A DNA stretch of 59,654 nucleotides from a bacterium (GTDB lineage Bacteria; Fidelibacterota; UBA2242): positions 1 to 59,654 of the forward strand of contig JAHJGX010000081.1 in NCBI GenBank assembly GCA_018824205.1, written 5' to 3'. A program made the position numbers and the translations under genes. The notes beneath the pieces were generated by a model, which was not told the DNA's origin, did no database searches, and was given only the letters and a program-made list of their open reading frames with translations. Of the stretch, positions 55,836-59,654 are shown piece by piece (positions within the stretch are counted from its first letter, which is position 1; the number at the start of each line of letters is the position of its first letter).

Positions 55836-56315
55836 TTATTTCAATAAAATGCACTTCTTCACATCCGTGAATTGTCCGGCGGTGATGCGGTAGAGATAGA
55901 CGCCAGCCGCATGACCGGATGCATCCCAGGTAACTTTGTACCTTCCCGGTTCCTGCGTTTGGTTGACCAATGTTTCAATTAACCTTCCTGAAATGTCATA
56001 GATTTCAAGTTTGACATTTTGATTTTCTGTGATATCATACTCTATATTTGATACAGGATTGAATGGATTGGGGTAATTTTTATAAAGCTTATATTCTGCA
56101 GGAAGTGTAATGCCCTCATTAATAATTTCAGTTGGGAAAAAAATTACAGAATTTAAAGGGTTCCCAACCATTCCTTTGAGGACATAATTATTATTACTCG
56201 AAGATGAAACGCCATTAGAAAAAACGCTTCTGGTAACATTATATTGTGCATAAGATTTCTGTTGGAAAATAAAAATGAAAGTTAATAACAAAAGAAAAAT
56301 ATTTAGTTTTTTCAT
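55836..56315 (-). CDS. Small T9SS-sorted secreted protein
   Basis: Signal peptide ..IFIFQQKSYAQ. C-terminus YKNYPNPFNPVSNIEY..LEIYDISGRLI..GVYLYRITAGQFTDVKKCILLK. Confidence 0.75.
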   Translation of the reverse strand: MKKLNIFLLLLTFIFIFQQKSYAQYNVTRSVFSNGVSSSSNNNYVLKGMVGNPLNSVIFFPTEIINEGITLPAEYKLYKNYPNPFNPVSNIEYDITENQNVKLEIYDISGRLIETLVNQTQEPGRYKVTWDASGHAAGVYLYRITAGQFTDVKKCILLK

Positions 56316-56361
56316 TTGTGGCTCCTGTCTTTATTATAAAGTTAGCAATCTAACTTTTTTG

Positions 56362-57762
56362 TCATTTTTTCAATTCTTCAAGTAAGTTGGGATTTTTCAC
56401 TACTTCAATACTTTTCTCTATTGGTTGATTATATTCTTTATAATGCAGGTAATGCCCTTTTTCTTTTGCAGTTTTTTCAACTTCTACCTTAATTCTATTT
56501 TTATTTGCATAAGGGTCTTGTCTTATACCTGTAACTTGCCAGGATATTTTCATTCCTGATGTTCCACCTGAAATTTTGAAAAGATTGTTTGATATTTCTT
56601 CAGCTATATACACAGGTGCATAACCGCCGATACAGGTAAGCTGATAACGAAATTCCTTATTTAAGGTTTCAAACCATGCAGGTAATTCAACAATTACCTC
56701 ACCATTGTTATCAAGTACAATATTACCGTTATAAACATTCATCATATCAGGTGATGATACTGTTGAATGTTCCAAATATTTGTTTTCAGGATCAAGAGGA
56801 TTGTCAATTTTTACTGAACTACTGCTTTTATCAACATTACCTGTGACATTAATACTACCACTAAAATAACCTGCATATCCACTACCGACAGTCTGTGCAT
56901 AAATTGCATCGCTACTACTGCTGAAGTTACTTATTCGAAAATAAGCACAGTAGTCAGTACCATCATTGACTACATATAAAGCTGACTGATCATTATCATT
57001 TTGAATTTCGACATTACCTTCTGCCCAAATAGAACCTCCACTACCATTGTTAGAAATGTTAACAGCTGTATTGTTACCATAGTGTTCTATATCAATAGAA
57101 TTGCCACCAGTTTCGTTTTCTATTTGCATACAATCACCTGCACCATCATTCGATAAAATGAGCGTAGGAAAATTATTACTTGTATTGGATGCTTCAAGAC
57201 GAAATACAGTACTACCGGTTCCACTATAGGTCCCATCATATGGTAAAGTAAGCCCTCCGCCTGTAAGTGTTTGCCATTTTAAATTAGAGCCATCAAATAC
57301 AAGCGATTGATTAGCGGCAGCGCCATCTGTATTTATTTTTTCAGGTGTTACTATATTATCAGGAATCGAACCGGTATTTAGACTATATGGTGTTGATGTT
57401 AATTTGATTCTTGGAGATAATTCGGTTCCGCCATCAATAATAATTCCCAACCAATATTGCGTATCAAATGCTACTGTGCCAAGGTTTTCTAAAATAGCGT
57501 TAAAAACTCCTTTTTCTACATCTACTCCAAGATGATTCTCATCCCATATTGCTGTTCCGCCTGTTTCTACTTCATAAATTTTAAATAAGAAGTTGTGAGT
57601 ACCATTTACTTCATTTCCACTGTTATCTGTTAAATAACCCTGATAACTCATTGTGCTAGGTATCTGAGCAGAAACAACAGAAACCAAAAAGCACGTTAAA
57701 ATCACACAGACAAAAAAAGTGATGATTAAAAGCCTTCCACTGTTTTTGATTACATTTTTCAT
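56362..57762 (-). CDS. Secreted surface protein with a fibre-like N-terminal region and a conserved C-terminal domain (no T9SS tail seen)
   Basis: Signal/TM segment LLIITFFVCVILTCFLVSVVSAQ. MSYQGYLTDNSGNEVNGTHNFLFKIYE..TAIWDE (collagen/fibre-head-like motif). C-terminal KIDNPLDPENKYLEHSTVSSPDMMNVYNG..FRYQLTCIGGYAPVYIAEEI..MKISWQVTGIRQD. Confidence 0.65.
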   Translation of the reverse strand: MKNVIKNSGRLLIITFFVCVILTCFLVSVVSAQIPSTMSYQGYLTDNSGNEVNGTHNFLFKIYEVETGGTAIWDENHLGVDVEKGVFNAILENLGTVAFDTQYWLGIIIDGGTELSPRIKLTSTPYSLNTGSIPDNIVTPEKINTDGAAANQSLVFDGSNLKWQTLTGGGLTLPYDGTYSGTGSTVFRLEASNTSNNFPTLILSNDGAGDCMQIENETGGNSIDIEHYGNNTAVNISNNGSGGSIWAEGNVEIQNDNDQSALYVVNDGTDYCAYFRISNFSSSSDAIYAQTVGSGYAGYFSGSINVTGNVDKSSSSVKIDNPLDPENKYLEHSTVSSPDMMNVYNGNIVLDNNGEVIVELPAWFETLNKEFRYQLTCIGGYAPVYIAEEISNNLFKISGGTSGMKISWQVTGIRQDPYANKNRIKVEVEKTAKEKGHYLHYKEYNQPIEKSIEVVKNPNLLEELKK

Positions 57763-57843
57763 TAGTGTTCTCCTATCTGTTAATTATTAAATCGGTTAAT
57801 TATAAACATTTGAATTTGCACAATTGGTGCTTGTTTGAGTTTT

Positions 57844-57873
57844 GCTCCGGCAGGAGTCCCCGTTGGGAGTATT
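57844..57873. repeat. Third copy of the mini-hairpin doublet, inverted relative to those at 50945-51135
   Basis: gctcc-ggca-ggag t cccc-gttg-ggag tatt, followed by ttggattttgtgatttctcattt. That stretch matches 51228-51250 (ttggatattgtgatttctcattt) except for one base. Confidence 0.55.
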
Positions 57874-57889
57874 TGGATTTTGTGATTTC

Positions 57890-59509
57890 TCATTTGAGTA
57901 AAATGCATTTCTTCACATCGGTAAATTGTCCAGCCTGAACTCTGTAGAGATAAATTCCTGACCCAACCTTCGAAGCATCCCATTTAACCGAATAGTATCC
58001 CGGTTCCTTTGACTGATTCTCTAAAACTTCCAGCGCCTGACCGGCGATATTGTAGATCGTCAAAGTAACATGAGATTTTTCGGGAATCGCATACTGAATT
58101 GTTGTAACAGGATTGAATGGGTTGGGGTAACTCTGGCTTAAAAAGTATTCTGTCGGTATTCCACTAATATCTAAATCTATAGCTGTTCCCCGAGATAAGG
58201 TGGATACGGCAACATCATATTTAACGGCGCTTTCATTCCAGCGCAGCTTATCGAGCGATACCGTTGTCTCTACTCCGCTAAAACCGGCATTAATGACAAA
58301 ACGTACAGTAGCAAACACACCGCTTTCGCCGTCCGAAACAGAACCGGCGCCAGCAAAAACAAGCCTGCCATCCGATTCATCCACTTCGGTCAAAAATCCT
58401 TCCGTTACATGCGACCACTCAATATCATTATAGACTAATTGCTCCGGTTTGTAAGACAGACATCCCTCAAAGGAGAGAATATTACCGCCTCCGCTTAATG
58501 TGAGCGGTACCTCAACTACCTGCCCCGGAACATAGTTGCCATCTTTCATCGTAATAGAGCCTTTTGCCAAAAGACTACCGTTTGAAGTATCATAAGGCAG
58601 CGTATCAATCAGTCCAACTCCGTATTGAAGAATTATCGATGCATCAAGCGCTGTTACCGTGTCATTGAGCGTCACATCCGCATTTGCTAATCCCTGACAA
58701 TCAAGCGTCTCTACTTCAATTACATGCTTTAAGGTAAGAGCGGCGTCATGCGCCTGAATTTCTCCGTTACTATCCACATCACCATAAAAAGGAATAGGTT
58801 TAATATAAACTCCTCCATTGGTAATCGATACCGGATCCCCGCCTGTATTAAATAAGGCGGATTCGATATTAATCGGTACGAAATTGCATGGCTCTCCTGT
58901 TGCAACAAACTTCAACCGGCAAAAAACGCCACTCCCTGAAATATCTTCAGCGCCGGCGAACCAGGAAATTATCAGGCTATCACCAGTCTCATTGACAGCA
59001 TTACTCCAGCCTGCGCCGCCTGTCATGCTTGAAGAAGTATCTACCCCAATAAATTCCAGTCCATTTTGATAAGCACTGAATTTAAGTTCGGCAGAATCAT
59101 AATATTTCCCGGTAGGGAACTCAACATTGACTGGAACTAATACAGTATCATTAAGAAAAGTACTTAAAGTAGGAATTGTTACTGTTGAATTCTCTGTTAT
59201 TTGGCAAAGAACGATATCATCAACTGCAAAAATGGCAGAATTAGACGTAGCATATCCATGAAGCTGAAAATCTATATAAACATACCCGTTCTCAGGAAAA
59301 GAAATTGTCGTATCTATTTGCACCCAGGTATTTGAAGGAGACATGTTAGGCATCGGGTGAGAATAATTGACTCCATTAAGTATTAAATCTACATCCAATA
59401 TTGTTGCACTTGTGGTATGTGTATCATGCGTATCGGTTTCCCGTCTCCAAAACGAGAATAAATATGGAATACCCGCCTGAACATATAAATGATCTCCTGT
59501 CTGTTTCAT
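57890..59509 (-). pseudogene. Cohesin-dockerin-cohesin protein with T9SS sorting domain; apparently 5'-truncated (no signal peptide)
   Basis: Dockerin repeats GDVDSNGEIQAHDAALTLKHVIE and ADVTLNDTVTALDASIILQYGVG are flanked by two cohesin-like modules. C-terminus SQSYPNPFNPVTTIQY..GIYLYRVQAGQFTDVKKCILLK. The N-terminus MKQTGDHLYVQAG.. is not a signal peptide, and an in-frame stop lies 12 nt upstream (59522-59524). Confidence 0.5.
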
Positions 59510-59577
59510 GCTAGCATCATATTAACGCGGCGGATAAATATTGTGTGATATAAGGTTATAAATGTTATCTTATAAGC

Positions 59578-59654
59578 ATGAAAGAAACAGATTTAAGAAA
59601 ACAGCCAGATGACGTTCGCAATCATATGAGAAAGCAAGCAATTCGGTTGATAAA
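59578..59654 (+). mobile_element. 5' end of a transposase-like gene (IS630-family-type HTH N-terminus), runs off the window
   Basis: MKETDLRKQPDDVRNHMRKQAIRLIK resembles the DLR..(acidic)..R..AIRL N-terminal wHTH of IS630-type transposases. Only 25 codons are visible. Confidence 0.3.

Noticed and set aside
56362-57762. Fibre-like protein as evidence for a prophage
   Set aside because: No capsid, terminase, portal, tail-tube or integrase genes occur anywhere nearby. The neighbours are T9SS cargo proteins, so a cellular surface protein is more likely.

Overview
59.7-kb window from a moderately AT-rich bacterium that uses Shine-Dalgarno sites. Several cargo proteins carry Por/T9SS-type C-terminal sorting domains (YPNPFNP...), which suggests an FCB-superphylum-like lineage; that placement is inference only. 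About 39.5 kb on the left is ordinary chromosomal housekeeping: trkA, threonine aldolase, an amgK/murU-like pair, M20 and M13 peptidases, an FtsX permease, folB-folK, two hsp20 genes, an EF-G paralog, recN, nnr, tRNA-Leu(GAG)-secG-tpiA-pgk, comF, smc, hinT, rsmE. The right end (51.2-59.5 kb) is a cluster of T9SS-sorted surface proteins that ends next to a partial IS630-like transposase. Between them (about 39.6-51.2 kb) lies an accessory island in which every gene is on the minus strand and tightly packed. It holds four modules. (1) A tripartite HigB-like toxin / XRE antitoxin / SecB-like chaperone (TAC) module. (2) A Type III restriction-modification pair (mod-res) with a strongly mosaic G+C profile. 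(3) A DarT-DarG ADP-ribosylation toxin-antitoxin/defence pair. (4) A roughly 3-kb cassette of very small uncharacterised proteins: two paralogous 58/61-aa basic proteins, DUF3892, three Cys-rich or zinc-ribbon mini-proteins and a small membrane protein. This cassette is led by a 162-aa unknown protein and by a striking array of about 15 tandem 21-bp repeats, which is either an iteron- or centromere-like DNA array or a perfect 14-heptad-repeat ORF. That cassette plus the array is my best candidate for something undescribed. No integrase, CRISPR array or rRNA is visible. All family assignments come from motif recognition by eye and need HMM or structure confirmation.
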